Of a stretch of 64,000 nt of DNA, positions 34,709-44,175 are shown one piece after another. A program made the translations under genes and the position numbers. The first letter of the stretch is position 1. Every line of letters starts with the position of its first letter. A model generated the notes under the pieces. The model was not told the DNA's origin. It searched no databases and saw only the letters and a program-made list of their open reading frames with translations. Source of the DNA: a virus (Duplodnaviria > Caudoviricetes); IMG/VR virus record IMGVR_UViG_3300033073_000980, positions 1-64,000 of that record, one strand, 5' to 3'.

Positions 34709-37045
34709 TTAGTGACCATCTCGGAAGTTCTTTGCAATTTCCGGTGGTGCTTTTAATGTTACTCCGGGTAATTGTGTAGTAGTTTCCATAATATGCTTGA
34801 CAACTCCTGCTGCTTCATGAGCTAGTTCTTCTTTAACCTTGATGATTAATTGGTCATGAATCTGAGCGATAACAATACCGTCCCAACCTCTTCTATTAAA
34901 CTCTCTGTTAATAGCTAAAGCTGCTCGGTTAACAACCGATGCTGCAAGAGACTGAATCTGAAAGTTCAAGCAGTTATTCAAAGCATTTTTATAATCACCA
35001 TAGAGCTTCTTAACATTATCTCCTCCAATCTCTTTAGTCAAATCGTTTCTAAACTTCCAATCCATGATCTTCTCTCCAAAGGCATCATAAACAGCTTTAC
35101 CTCTCTCAAGGTGTCTGATTCGACCTACTTGGTTTCTGATAAAGCCGTCTCTTTTAAATAATGCTCTTGAGTTATCAACCCATTGAGCAACTCCAGGAAA
35201 CCCTGCCATGTAACCTTCGTGAAGTCTCTTTCCTTCTTCTTGAGATACTCCTAATGACATCGCTAGTGCATAAGGAGACATTCCGTAAGCAACTCCTAAT
35301 GAATAAGCCTTCGCTTGGTTTCGTTTAGGGGCATCAAGCTTCTTAAGGAAGTTAGGAGCTTTTTTATCTGCCGATACTCCATCAGGGTACTTGTCTCTCT
35401 GTTCATCAAGCTTCTCAGTTCGGATAGCAACTGTTGAGTAGAAGTCATGACCTTGGTTAAAGATCTCCTGCAAGTTTTCATCGTTGGAGATAGAAGCAAA
35501 GATGTGAGGCTCTAATGATTCGAAGTCATTATCAATCAATAAGTAACCCGGGTCGGTAATAAAGAAAGCTCTAATCTCGTTATTATACTTAACGATAATT
35601 GGATCTGCTTCTCCATCCTCTTTCGGCTTAGGTAACTGCTGAAGGTCGGATCCGTACCGGCCGGACACAGTTCCGTTCTGTTTGAAGTAGGGATAAAAAC
35701 GTCCATCCTCTGCTGAGTCATAGAATCGATCCACATAGGTAGATTTAATCTTTAGAAGCTTATTATAGATGCGAAGGTTTCTACACCATTCATATTTATC
35801 AGACAAAGCTTGAATCATATCATCATCGAATTGAGCTTGTCCTTTAGCTGTCTTCGATAATGGTTTCTCTTTTAAGTAATCAAAAGCAATCTCACCTAAC
35901 TGCTTCTTTGACTGAATGTTAATAAACTCACCGTCGTTGTTATCCTTCCACATCTTCATAGATACTCTAACAACAGTTTCTTCTGATAAATGGGATAAGT
36001 CTCCAGATAAAAGGTATTCACGAACTGGATGCTCTTCAAGCATTAAAACGTTTGCTTGCTTCAAAGAATAACCTCTAGATGTTTTCGGCATAGGTAGTCC
36101 ATAAAGGTCAACCAAAGTACCTGCCCACTTTCCTTTCTGAGAAGGTGGAAACTCTTTCAAGGCTGAATCAATAATCCATTCTTTAACTTTAGGTAACTTT
36201 AATAATTCATCAATAACAGCCCGGCGATACTTCTCCTGGTCAGCAACAATATCTTCTCGAGTCTTTTCTATCAAAGGTATATCAAGGGCTATGCCTTCTA
36301 TCTCCATTGGAATAGTAACCTCTCTATAAAGAGGCATCACTTCGTCTTCGAAAAAGAACTTAGTTAGTCCTTCTCCTTCTAAAACAGGTAAGAAGTAATT
36401 ACAGATACGTAGAGTTAAATCAGTATCGGCAGCAGCATACTCCCCTAGGAGGTTCATATCTGCTTTGTAGATCTCAAAGTTATCTTTCGTAACTGATCCT
36501 CCATTCTCTTTGATTGAGTTCTTAAGATTGATCTGTTCTTGGTTAGCTGCTTCTTCAACATTCAAACCAATCTTATCCTGAATCATAATAGCAATCGATT
36601 TCAATCCGAAAGGACTAGCACCGTATCCAAATGCTCCTTCCTCTTTTACTGTATGAACTAGCAAAGCAGTATCAACCCAGAGAGAAGGTAGTAGATCTAC
36701 TCCATAAAAGTTATTAGTATATCGGCAGTCAAAAGAAGCATTATGCATTACTAACTTCTTTCCAACTAGCATTGAGATTAGCTTCTTTGCTATTCGATGA
36801 CATCCAATGCCTTCAATCTGACATTCCTCTAAAGTTTCAGTCTGAGTATTCCAGGCCATGGTTGGCATATAGAAACCTAAACCTTCTTCGCCGGAAACAG
36901 AAAAACCAACTATCTTTCCTTTGCGAGGATTAAGAGAGTCTGTCTCCGTATCATAAGCAATGATTTCTTTTTCGTTAATATGTTGAATAAGAAGATCAAC
37001 TAGCTCTTTGCTGTTGACAAGGTAATACTTTTTTTCGATAACCAT
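34709..37045 (-). CDS. polA: family A DNA polymerase with 3'-5' exonuclease
   Basis: ExoI YDTET, ExoII HNASFD, ExoIII YAAAD; motif A DNDFESLE, motif B RNQAKAYSLGVAYG, motif C QIHDQ. Confidence 0.95.
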   Translation of the reverse strand: MVIEKKYYLVNSKELVDLLIQHINEKEIIAYDTETDSLNPRKGKIVGFSVSGEEGLGFYMPTMAWNTQTETLEECQIEGIGCHRIAKKLISMLVGKKLVMHNASFDCRYTNNFYGVDLLPSLWVDTALLVHTVKEEGAFGYGASPFGLKSIAIMIQDKIGLNVEEAANQEQINLKNSIKENGGSVTKDNFEIYKADMNLLGEYAAADTDLTLRICNYFLPVLEGEGLTKFFFEDEVMPLYREVTIPMEIEGIALDIPLIEKTREDIVADQEKYRRAVIDELLKLPKVKEWIIDSALKEFPPSQKGKWAGTLVDLYGLPMPKTSRGYSLKQANVLMLEEHPVREYLLSGDLSHLSEETVVRVSMKMWKDNNDGEFINIQSKKQLGEIAFDYLKEKPLSKTAKGQAQFDDDMIQALSDKYEWCRNLRIYNKLLKIKSTYVDRFYDSAEDGRFYPYFKQNGTVSGRYGSDLQQLPKPKEDGEADPIIVKYNNEIRAFFITDPGYLLIDNDFESLEPHIFASISNDENLQEIFNQGHDFYSTVAIRTEKLDEQRDKYPDGVSADKKAPNFLKKLDAPKRNQAKAYSLGVAYGMSPYALAMSLGVSQEEGKRLHEGYMAGFPGVAQWVDNSRALFKRDGFIRNQVGRIRHLERGKAVYDAFGEKIMDWKFRNDLTKEIGGDNVKKLYGDYKNALNNCLNFQIQSLAASVVNRAALAINREFNRRGWDGIVIAQIHDQLIIKVKEELAHEAAGVVKHIMETTTQLPGVTLKAPPEIAKNFRDGH

Positions 37046-37058
37046 TACTTAAATATAT

Positions 37059-37089
37059 GAAAAAAGCCCTTGGAATGCAAGGGCTCTTT
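37059..37089 (-). terminator. intrinsic terminator superimposed on the polA promoter
   Basis: GCCCTTG-CATTC-CAAGGGC plus T-run, directly followed by TATATTTA and the ATG. Confidence 0.75.
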
Positions 37090-37109
37090 AAAGTTTATTT
37101 TTGTTTTAA

Positions 37110-37709
37110 TTACTTCATCATGCTTGACAAGTAAGCAAGAACGTCGTGCTTAGCTTCTTCAACCATCTCAGGTTCAGTCATCGGTCCTTCTTTCCACTCA
37201 TCCCAAGCTTCAAGTATTTTTGCAACTCCTTCGTCGAAGGCAGGATTCATTTCAAGCAGTTCTAAATAACCACCGTGCATCTCTTCTTTGAGAGTTTGCT
37301 TTTGAGCCCATGCAGCAACAATCTTTTCTGCTTCAGCAAGAACATCATCCTGGTCAATTTTTGCTATAAGCTCTTGAATATACTTATCAGCTTCCATTTT
37401 AGAAACTACTCCGGAAAGGAATTCATTTGCCTTTGCATTCTCTTCTCCTCCTAGTTCATCTGCAAGCATCATAATCATACCCATCTGTTCGAAGGTAATC
37501 TTGTTAGATGGTCTGTTTAAGATAGCAGCTGCTTTACTAGCTTCTTCTTCTAAACTAGGTTCTTCTTTTGGACCTACAGCGTATTTGTTTGCCTCTTCTT
37601 CTTCGTAGTCAGCAACCATCTTTTCTTCTTCAGGAGTCATTTCACCACCCTTGGGTGCTACTTCAAGCATTGACTTTTTAATAAGTTCTTTTAAGTCTGA
37701 ACGTTTCAT
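37110..37709 (-). CDS. acidic helical hypothetical protein
   Basis: ORF preceded by the class-2 motif. Confidence 0.75.
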   Translation of the reverse strand: MKRSDLKELIKKSMLEVAPKGGEMTPEEEKMVADYEEEEANKYAVGPKEEPSLEEEASKAAAILNRPSNKITFEQMGMIMMLADELGGEENAKANEFLSGVVSKMEADKYIQELIAKIDQDDVLAEAEKIVAAWAQKQTLKEEMHGGYLELLEMNPAFDEGVAKILEAWDEWKEGPMTEPEMVEEAKHDVLAYLSSMMK

Positions 37710-37723
37710 ATATTATAAATATG

Positions 37724-38233
37724 TTATTTTTTCTGTTCCCATGCATTAGTACCACCCTGCCACTGACCGTTGTAGAGTTCGTCTACAGGAGCGTTCTGAT
37801 GGAAGAACATTTGAGCTGCTCTTGCATTCTTTTCTAGGATCAAAAATACGCTAACAATCATAACCGTACCCATCTTTTCTGTTTCGTATCCTGAATCCCA
37901 TACCGGAGAAACGATTGAAGTTCCTGTACGGTACAAAGAAGATCTATGAAGAACAAACCCGGTTGCATCTGCAGGTATCTTACATCCTTCGTTGAAAGTA
38001 ATTGCATAACTACCCTTATCTAATCTCCAGCATTCCTTACCGTCAATCTTAACAGTATCAACTTCGATAAAGTTCATAGGATCTAAGATAGTTTTGTCTT
38101 TATAAACTACCGAACCTCCTAAGATTCTTTCTACTTTACATACTGAAAGGTCAATTCCAACTTGGGTTGGTTTTGAATACTCTGAAGGAATTACAATCCC
38201 TCTCTCTAATATTTCTTTGCTTGTTAGTAACAT
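37724..38233 (-). CDS. trimeric dUTPase / dCTP deaminase family protein
   Basis: GIDL, RSSL.R, VWDSGY, AAQM.F. Confidence 0.82.
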   Translation of the reverse strand: MLLTSKEILERGIVIPSEYSKPTQVGIDLSVCKVERILGGSVVYKDKTILDPMNFIEVDTVKIDGKECWRLDKGSYAITFNEGCKIPADATGFVLHRSSLYRTGTSIVSPVWDSGYETEKMGTVMIVSVFLILEKNARAAQMFFHQNAPVDELYNGQWQGGTNAWEQKK

Positions 38234-38234
38234 A

Positions 38235-38744
38235 TTATTCCTCTATTATTTGTCCGGTGATGAAGGGCTGGTTTCTTTTATGTCCGTTGGTTGCATCCAG
38301 GCCGTAACCTACCAACCAGGCTTCGTTATGCAATTCAAAGCCGTACATAAGACCATCCATGTAAGAATAGCTTCTCTTAAATAAAGTAACCGGAGTAATC
38401 GACCTAGGTCCTTTAGTTTGAAGATGGGCTATCAAGCGTTTCATAGTATTACCCGAATCATAAATATCATCTACTAAGAAGATATCTTTGCCCTTAATAT
38501 CAATTGAGATATCCTTTGTAATGTCAACTCGGTCTTGAACTTGACCTAGGTAAGATTTTGCTTGCATGAAATCGATTTCACAATCAACCTCTAAATTACG
38601 AACTAAGTCTGCAAAGAACATAAATGCTCCATTCAGAACTCCAATCATTACCCGTGAGTTATTTTCGGGATTGTTTTTGTAACTTACCTCTGTAGCAAGA
38701 CTTTTAACTCTTGTTTGAATTTCTTCTTCTGTAAATAAAACCAT
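38235..38744 (-). CDS. hpt: hypoxanthine/guanine phosphoribosyltransferase
   Basis: GVLNGAFMFFADL, KSY, LVDDIYDSGNT, LVGYGLD. Confidence 0.9.
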   Translation of the reverse strand: MVLFTEEEIQTRVKSLATEVSYKNNPENNSRVMIGVLNGAFMFFADLVRNLEVDCEIDFMQAKSYLGQVQDRVDITKDISIDIKGKDIFLVDDIYDSGNTMKRLIAHLQTKGPRSITPVTLFKRSYSYMDGLMYGFELHNEAWLVGYGLDATNGHKRNQPFITGQIIEE

Positions 38745-38769
38745 AATCTATAATATAAATATAGGAACT

Positions 38770-39078
38770 TTACTCAGTGATTCCAACTGGTTTTATCTTT
38801 TCTAGATATTCCCAAAGTGTTTCATGACTATAACAGATTGGATTTTTATTCTCATCCCATGCCTCTAATCCTTTAGTTCCAAAATCATTTTCATAACAGA
38901 ACCAGTTAAACCAATCAACTCCTTCCTCGCCGTATATTTCTTTCATGAGAGTTTGTACAATGCCGTGGTAAGGATCTACAAACTCAATCAAGTCAACTTT
39001 ATTTTTATAGAGGTTATCTATAATTCTGTCCTGTTTTTGTAATTGTAAAATTACTTTTAAAAAATTTTCGTACATCAT
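38770..39078 (-). CDS. hypothetical protein
   Basis: ORF. Confidence 0.65.
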   Translation of the reverse strand: MMYENFLKVILQLQKQDRIIDNLYKNKVDLIEFVDPYHGIVQTLMKEIYGEEGVDWFNWFCYENDFGTKGLEAWDENKNPICYSHETLWEYLEKIKPVGITE

Positions 39079-39080
39079 AA

Positions 39081-40199
39081 CTAATTGCTTAACGGTGCTT
39101 TGATTGCCGGATGTGACTGGTAATTAATTAACTGCAAGTCTTCTTCAAGTAAGCATTTACAGAAATTATCATCCTTAAACGAATTAAGGATTGCTGTAGC
39201 ATCTAAAGGACCTACTCCGCATTCGCCTGATTCTGTTGGCCAGAACTCTGTATTGATGTTTAAGGTAGGTAGTAGATCAAACGACTCTCTTTCTATCTGC
39301 TCTTTAGCCTGCTCAATATGATTCAAATATAAATGAGTATCTCCTAAATTACCAATCAATTCATCAGGAACCATATTAACCATCTTAGCAATAATCTCAA
39401 GTAATAAACCATAAGAAGCAATGTTGAATGGTAAACCTAAAAATGTATCTACTGAACGTTGATTCCACATTAGAGAGATTGCTCTAGTTGGTATGTTTAA
39501 CTTATCTACTCGTTCTAAGTTATCTTCATGGGTTCTTATTTTTTCTTCTCCTATTATTGTACTAACTAAGTTTAATCGTTCTTCCAAACTCAACTCTCTT
39601 GTATAAACTTGAAATCCATAATGACAAGGTGGAAGAACCATTTGGTCTAATTCACCTACATTCCAAGCTGAAACCATTAATCGTCTTGAGTCTGGGTTTG
39701 TTTTAAGGTCGTTGATTAGGTTTGATATTTGGTCTACTGGTGTTGGGTCAATATCGTATTTATTATGAGCATCCCAACTTCTCCATTGTTTACCGTAAAT
39801 TGGTCCTAATACACCCCACTTCTTAGCAAACTCATCATCTGTTTTAATTTTGTTAATGAATTCTTCTTGTGTTAGAATAGCTTTACCATCAATATATTCA
39901 ATATTTGGTTCCCAATACTTAACATACGCTTTATAAGCATCACCATCCCAAATATGACAACCATTATCAACTAAGTACTTAATATTTGTATCACCTCTTA
40001 AGAACCATAGTAACTCAGTTACCATTGTTTTCCAAGCCATTTTTTTAGTAGTAAGCAAAGGAAACCCCCAACTCATTTTATGTCTGATAGTATAACCAAA
40101 TATTGATTTAGTACCTGTGCCGGTCCTGTCTTTCTTTTCTACTCCATAGTCTAAAATAGCCTGAAGTAATTCTTGGTATTGTGCATCTAAACTATTCAT
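39081..40199 (-). CDS. thyA: thymidylate synthase
   Basis: DRTGTGT, ELLWFLRG.TN, LGPIYGKQWR, LPPCH, QRSVD.FLG.PFN, DTHLY.NH. Confidence 0.97.
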   Translation of the reverse strand: MNSLDAQYQELLQAILDYGVEKKDRTGTGTKSIFGYTIRHKMSWGFPLLTTKKMAWKTMVTELLWFLRGDTNIKYLVDNGCHIWDGDAYKAYVKYWEPNIEYIDGKAILTQEEFINKIKTDDEFAKKWGVLGPIYGKQWRSWDAHNKYDIDPTPVDQISNLINDLKTNPDSRRLMVSAWNVGELDQMVLPPCHYGFQVYTRELSLEERLNLVSTIIGEEKIRTHEDNLERVDKLNIPTRAISLMWNQRSVDTFLGLPFNIASYGLLLEIIAKMVNMVPDELIGNLGDTHLYLNHIEQAKEQIERESFDLLPTLNINTEFWPTESGECGVGPLDATAILNSFKDDNFCKCLLEEDLQLINYQSHPAIKAPLSN

Positions 40200-40422
40200 T
40201 TCCTAATTGTTTTAAAACCATTTGTTTAATCTCTTCAATTTCTTTATCGGTAGCATTAATAGCATTGTAACATTCAAACTCTACTTTCTCAGTGTGGTTT
40301 TCAATCAGCGGTAAAACGTGATAGTCGGGTAATTTATTTTCTAACCATCTAGTTGTATGTTCAAAAGATTCCTTGAGATTAGACGAGTGTGGAAATCTAA
40401 TTATAAAAATTGGTTTGCTCAT
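40192..40422 (-). CDS. hypothetical protein
   Basis: ORF. Confidence 0.6.
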   Translation of the reverse strand: MSKPIFIIRFPHSSNLKESFEHTTRWLENKLPDYHVLPLIENHTEKVEFECYNAINATDKEIEEIKQMVLKQLGNE

Positions 40423-40820
40423 AACTTTGATGGTGGTGTATTGAAGACTCTCTTAACTTGTTCTGAAATTGGAATGGGAATCCCTTCTTCGTCTACTCGA
40501 ACAAACGTCATTGTGGTTGCAAGTAGAACTACTTCATCGCCTCTGAAGACATTATATCCTCTTGCTTCAACTGCAAAGGTTGCCGAAGTATTTCCGATCT
40601 TTGTCATCTGAGCATAGATCTTTACTAGCTGCTTTTCTTTAGCAGGTTTCCTAAAAACACACTGGTCAAGAGCAATCGTGATCATATTTTGTGATCTGCA
40701 TTTCTCCATTGCATAAGCTGCTAAGGCAGCATCTACCCAAGAGAGTAACTTGCCTCCAAATAAATTACCGTGGAAGCCTAAATCTGATTTCTTGACCGGG
40801 TGTGTTGATAGTAAGTCCAT
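40419..40820 (-). CDS. acyl-CoA thioesterase (hot-dog fold, YciA-like)
   Basis: D....GNLFGG.LLSWVD.A, F..P, IG.TS...VE, TFVRVD..G.P. Confidence 0.85.
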   Translation of the reverse strand: MDLLSTHPVKKSDLGFHGNLFGGKLLSWVDAALAAYAMEKCRSQNMITIALDQCVFRKPAKEKQLVKIYAQMTKIGNTSATFAVEARGYNVFRGDEVVLLATTMTFVRVDEEGIPIPISEQVKRVFNTPPSKL

Positions 40821-41044
40821 TAATTCTCTTTTAAATAATCTCTAATTTCAGCAGCTCTTTCATACTCCTCTACCTCAGGTAAGATAGCATAATCCATTAT
40901 ATCCTGAAGTAATGCTTTAAGGTTTCCTTTATGTTTCCAATCCAGGATGTCTTGTAGCCGGATTTTCTCTTCAAAAGGAATATTTGAATTATAAATTTCC
41001 GGATGCATTTTGTCTTTATAAAGGAGTTGAATGCTGTAGTCCAT
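40820..41044 (-). CDS. hypothetical protein with UVR-like C-terminus
   Basis: EEYERAAEIRD. Confidence 0.6.
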   Translation of the reverse strand: MDYSIQLLYKDKMHPEIYNSNIPFEEKIRLQDILDWKHKGNLKALLQDIMDYAILPEVEEYERAAEIRDYLKEN

Positions 41045-41841
41045 TAAACTGCTCTTTTAGTATCGTAGCTAATAATATGATCTCGGCCAGTCCAATTGTA
41101 TCCCATTTCAAATGCTTTCTCTAATGAGATTGGATATTGCTTGATCAATTCTTCTCTGTTATCACCGGCAGGCATCAACCAAGTCTTGTTCTTAGGAATG
41201 TTGTGCTTTACTCTGAATTCTTCAATCTCTTGAATATTTTCTTCAGTTCCATCATACACTGGTTTATAATGGTAATCCGAATGGTATGCAAGGGTCTGTG
41301 CAATTGCTTCATGATTCAAACGTAAACTGTTATGTTTATCAATCATTTTTTGGTCCACCAACTTACCCATTGGAGTAGTAACATCAAGCTTAGGCACACT
41401 ATTACTAAACTTAGGTGATAAGGAAATAAGACCAATCGGATAATCAGTTTCAACAAAATGTGAACCTTCTGTCTCAATAGTTATGAATATTCCTCTTTCG
41501 TTAGCAAAGTGAGTCAATTCATTCACCAAATCCGGCTGCATGGTAGGCGAACCTCCTGTTAACATCATTTCAGTAATGCCTGGATTCTCATCGTAGATCT
41601 TAATGATGTCGTTAAACGTATAAGTTCCTTTACCTGGATGGATAGAAGTATACCAGCTATCACACCAACCACCTGCTCCAAACCAGCAACGGTGAGTACA
41701 TCCTGTTGTTCTAACTGCAACTGTTGGTCTACCTTGTCTTGAACCTTCTGATTGAATACAGGTATAAAGTTCAAGGATAGGTAATGTCTTATCGTAATCG
41801 GTAATCCTACCTGGCTTCTTATTTATCTTTTCTGTCGTCAT
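41044..41841 (-). CDS. queE: 7-carboxy-7-deazaguanine synthase (radical SAM)
   Basis: QSEG...G.P.V.VR..GCTHRC..CDS, TGGSP, IETEG, SLSPK. Confidence 0.9.
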   Translation of the reverse strand: MTTEKINKKPGRITDYDKTLPILELYTCIQSEGSRQGRPTVAVRTTGCTHRCWFGAGGWCDSWYTSIHPGKGTYTFNDIIKIYDENPGITEMMLTGGSPTMQPDLVNELTHFANERGIFITIETEGSHFVETDYPIGLISLSPKFSNSVPKLDVTTPMGKLVDQKMIDKHNSLRLNHEAIAQTLAYHSDYHYKPVYDGTEENIQEIEEFRVKHNIPKNKTWLMPAGDNREELIKQYPISLEKAFEMGYNWTGRDHIISYDTKRAV

Positions 41842-42376
41842 AATTCATAACTCCTTTATCTTGAGCATAATTGTTTACTGCAACGTAGTTTGCTTCCATC
41901 CAATTAGAAGCTTCGCTATTTGAGATTGAATCCTTAAAACAGGTAGTCCAGCAGTTTGGAGTCTCCCAAAGGGTTATCTTGTGTATGCGAAGGTCTTTGT
42001 AGGATTGAAATAGAACGGTCATTGCAAGGAAGATCTCTTTGGCAATATTCTCTGCTGAAGGATTACAATACTCACCTCCACCATTAAGACTCATGTACCA
42101 AATCTTTGAACCGGTCTTAAGTGCTGCTTCAATAACTGCTTCATCTTTTGGGTTAACCAACACTCCATGATCCATCAAGTCATCAATCCACTGGCATCCA
42201 ACTCGCTTCAATTCTTTGAAGTCGATTGCATATCCGATAGATTCCATTTCGTTAAATTCGAATTCCAATTCACAATGGTAAGTATGACCATGTAGGTTAA
42301 AGCACTTCATCTTCTCGTTCATCACTCGATGCCCGGAATCGAAAGTACATTTGCGGGTAATATATTGCTTCTTCAT
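41819..42376 (-). CDS. queD: 6-carboxy-5,6,7,8-tetrahydropterin synthase
   Basis: FDSGHR, C.NLHGHTY, IDF.ELK, DH, PSAENIA, LWETP. Confidence 0.9.
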   Translation of the reverse strand: MKKQYITRKCTFDSGHRVMNEKMKCFNLHGHTYHCELEFEFNEMESIGYAIDFKELKRVGCQWIDDLMDHGVLVNPKDEAVIEAALKTGSKIWYMSLNGGGEYCNPSAENIAKEIFLAMTVLFQSYKDLRIHKITLWETPNCWTTCFKDSISNSEASNWMEANYVAVNNYAQDKGVMNYDDRKDK

Positions 42377-42413
42377 TATTCTAATATACGAAACTTACTC
42401 ATTAGAGGCAAGC

Positions 42414-42662
42414 TTAAGCATTATTATATGCACTCATAACCTTAGCTGGGTCTTGTACTCCAACCATTCGATTAACTGCTTGACCGTCTTTCAAAATAAC
42501 AATTGTTGGTACACTGCGTACTGAGTAAGCATTTGCTAAATCAGGTTGTTCGTCAACGTTAATCTTCTGAACAGGATAAGCTCTTCCTACCTGCTCCATT
42601 ACTGGTCCAAATTGCTTGCAAGGACCGCACCAAGGTGCACTAAAATATAAAATCTTTTTCAT
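42414..42662 (-). CDS. thioredoxin
   Basis: WCGPC, VPT cis-Pro motif. Confidence 0.92.
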   Translation of the reverse strand: MKKILYFSAPWCGPCKQFGPVMEQVGRAYPVQKINVDEQPDLANAYSVRSVPTIVILKDGQAVNRMVGVQDPAKVMSAYNNA

Positions 42663-42814
42663 ACTAATTCTTCTATAATACCTATTAGTTCGCTAATAAT
42701 TAAGATAACTGCTCCAAGGCTAACGCTCCAGAATAGAGCAACGTAACCGGAGATTCTAACAGCTGATTTCAAAAAGCTGACTAATTGATGTAATTTTGGG
42801 TCTGGGTGATTCAT
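42659..42814 (-). CDS. 51-aa membrane microprotein (MNHPDPKLHQLVSFLKSAVRISGY...)
   Basis: Hand-translated; ATGA overlaps at both ends. Confidence 0.6.
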   Translation of the reverse strand: MNHPDPKLHQLVSFLKSAVRISGYVALFWSVSLGAVILIISELIGIIEELV

Positions 42815-42981
42815 AGTTCTAATAATTCTGTTCCTGGGTTTAATTTTAATATTCGTGATGTATTCTCTTTATGCAAAAGTTTTCCTTCAGACCAATCGTG
42901 AGTCCAGACAAGGGAGCCTTGTACCATACCGGCATAGGCTTCCCCTTCTCTGTTCACTATCAGATAATACTTATCCTTCAT
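42811..42981 (-). CDS. 56-aa hypothetical protein (MKDKYYLIVNREGEAYAGM...)
   Basis: Hand-translated; fills the gap after queC. Confidence 0.55.
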   Translation of the reverse strand: MKDKYYLIVNREGEAYAGMVQGSLVWTHDWSEGKLLHKENTSRILKLNPGTELLEL

Positions 42982-43828
42982 GCTTACTTAGAATGTTTTT
43001 AACATGTTCAACTACTTGCTCCCAAGTAACTGGACCTCCTTCGTCGGCATATTGAACTGGATCTTTTCTTCCTAGTTTAATAAATGCTTCTACTCGTTCT
43101 ACTGAAGATGCTGATTTGTAATCAGAGTACCATTGACCTCTGGCTCCAAACATTGCTGTCTCAGGTTTGCCATTAAACGGCCAAAAGATTGGCTTGTATG
43201 AGGTATTAGTCTTTTCATAAACAGAATCAAAGTCAATATGCATTCTATCACAGCACTTCTCTCCATCTTTTAAGATTCCAAACTTATTACTATTCAAGTA
43301 AGGAGTATACAAACTTACTTTCTCAGCACCCCAGTTGCCTGATTTAAATGCTTCGAAGTCTACATCTCTAAACTCCTGCCTGCAGTCTGGATAGATAGCA
43401 TGATCACCTGCGTGGATGCCCATTGCAATAACTGCTTCAGTATTCTTTTGTTCAGCAACTGATAATGCAACTGCTTGAATAATAGAACTAAAGATTTTAT
43501 TCCTATTCGGAACAACCGTTGCTTTCATATTCTCTTCAGCATAATGCCCTTCAGGAACGTCTGCACCGCCTGTAACTAAGGCCGAGTTAAGCAATTGGGT
43601 CAATCCGTCAAGCTTAATTACCTGATAACGAATCAAAGGATAACCTAATGCAGGTAGTTGATTGTTTAAATACTGAACCAAAGATTGAGCTCTTTCAAGT
43701 TCTACTTTGTGTTTCTGTCCATAATCAAAGGACAATGCTGTAACTTCGTAGCCATCGGCAAGTAGACGAAGCAGTAGGGTAGAACTATCCATTCCACCGC
43801 TCAACGATAATACTGCTTGTTTTGCCAT
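42971..43828 (-). CDS. queC: 7-cyano-7-deazaguanine synthase
   Basis: LSLSGGMDS, FDYGQKH..E, VPNRN.IF, HAGDHAIYPDCR.EF. Confidence 0.95.
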   Translation of the reverse strand: MAKQAVLSLSGGMDSSTLLLRLLADGYEVTALSFDYGQKHKVELERAQSLVQYLNNQLPALGYPLIRYQVIKLDGLTQLLNSALVTGGADVPEGHYAEENMKATVVPNRNKIFSSIIQAVALSVAEQKNTEAVIAMGIHAGDHAIYPDCRQEFRDVDFEAFKSGNWGAEKVSLYTPYLNSNKFGILKDGEKCCDRMHIDFDSVYEKTNTSYKPIFWPFNGKPETAMFGARGQWYSDYKSASSVERVEAFIKLGRKDPVQYADEGGPVTWEQVVEHVKNILSKHEG

Positions 43829-43829
43829 G

Positions 43830-44174
43830 TTAGAAAGATACTGTTAAGATTGTTCTAATAGAAAGATCAGACATTTCGTAATCAGCTAAATCTTTGTCTC
43901 TAGCTACTTGGAAATCTACTGATTGTCCGTTCCTGGTTTCTACCCAAAGTTCTTTAATGAACTCGGTCTTAATGATTCTCTCGTCTTCGTCTCTTGTGAC
44001 TTTAAAGACTGCTACTTTATTTTGCATAATCTGTTTTGATGTTGCTTGTGTAAAATTGATTGGTGTTGAAAATGATACTGTGTTGTTAGGACTAGTACTG
44101 ATTGTTGGGATGTAGGTTGTTCCACTGCTTATACATAACCCTGCTGTGGTTCCTGTTGATGTAAATGTTTCCAT
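43830..44174 (-). CDS. hypothetical protein
   Basis: ORF with S/T-rich N-terminus. Confidence 0.6.
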   Translation of the reverse strand: METFTSTGTTAGLCISSGTTYIPTISTSPNNTVSFSTPINFTQATSKQIMQNKVAVFKVTRDEDERIIKTEFIKELWVETRNGQSVDFQVARDKDLADYEMSDLSIRTILTVSF

Positions 44175-44175
44175 A

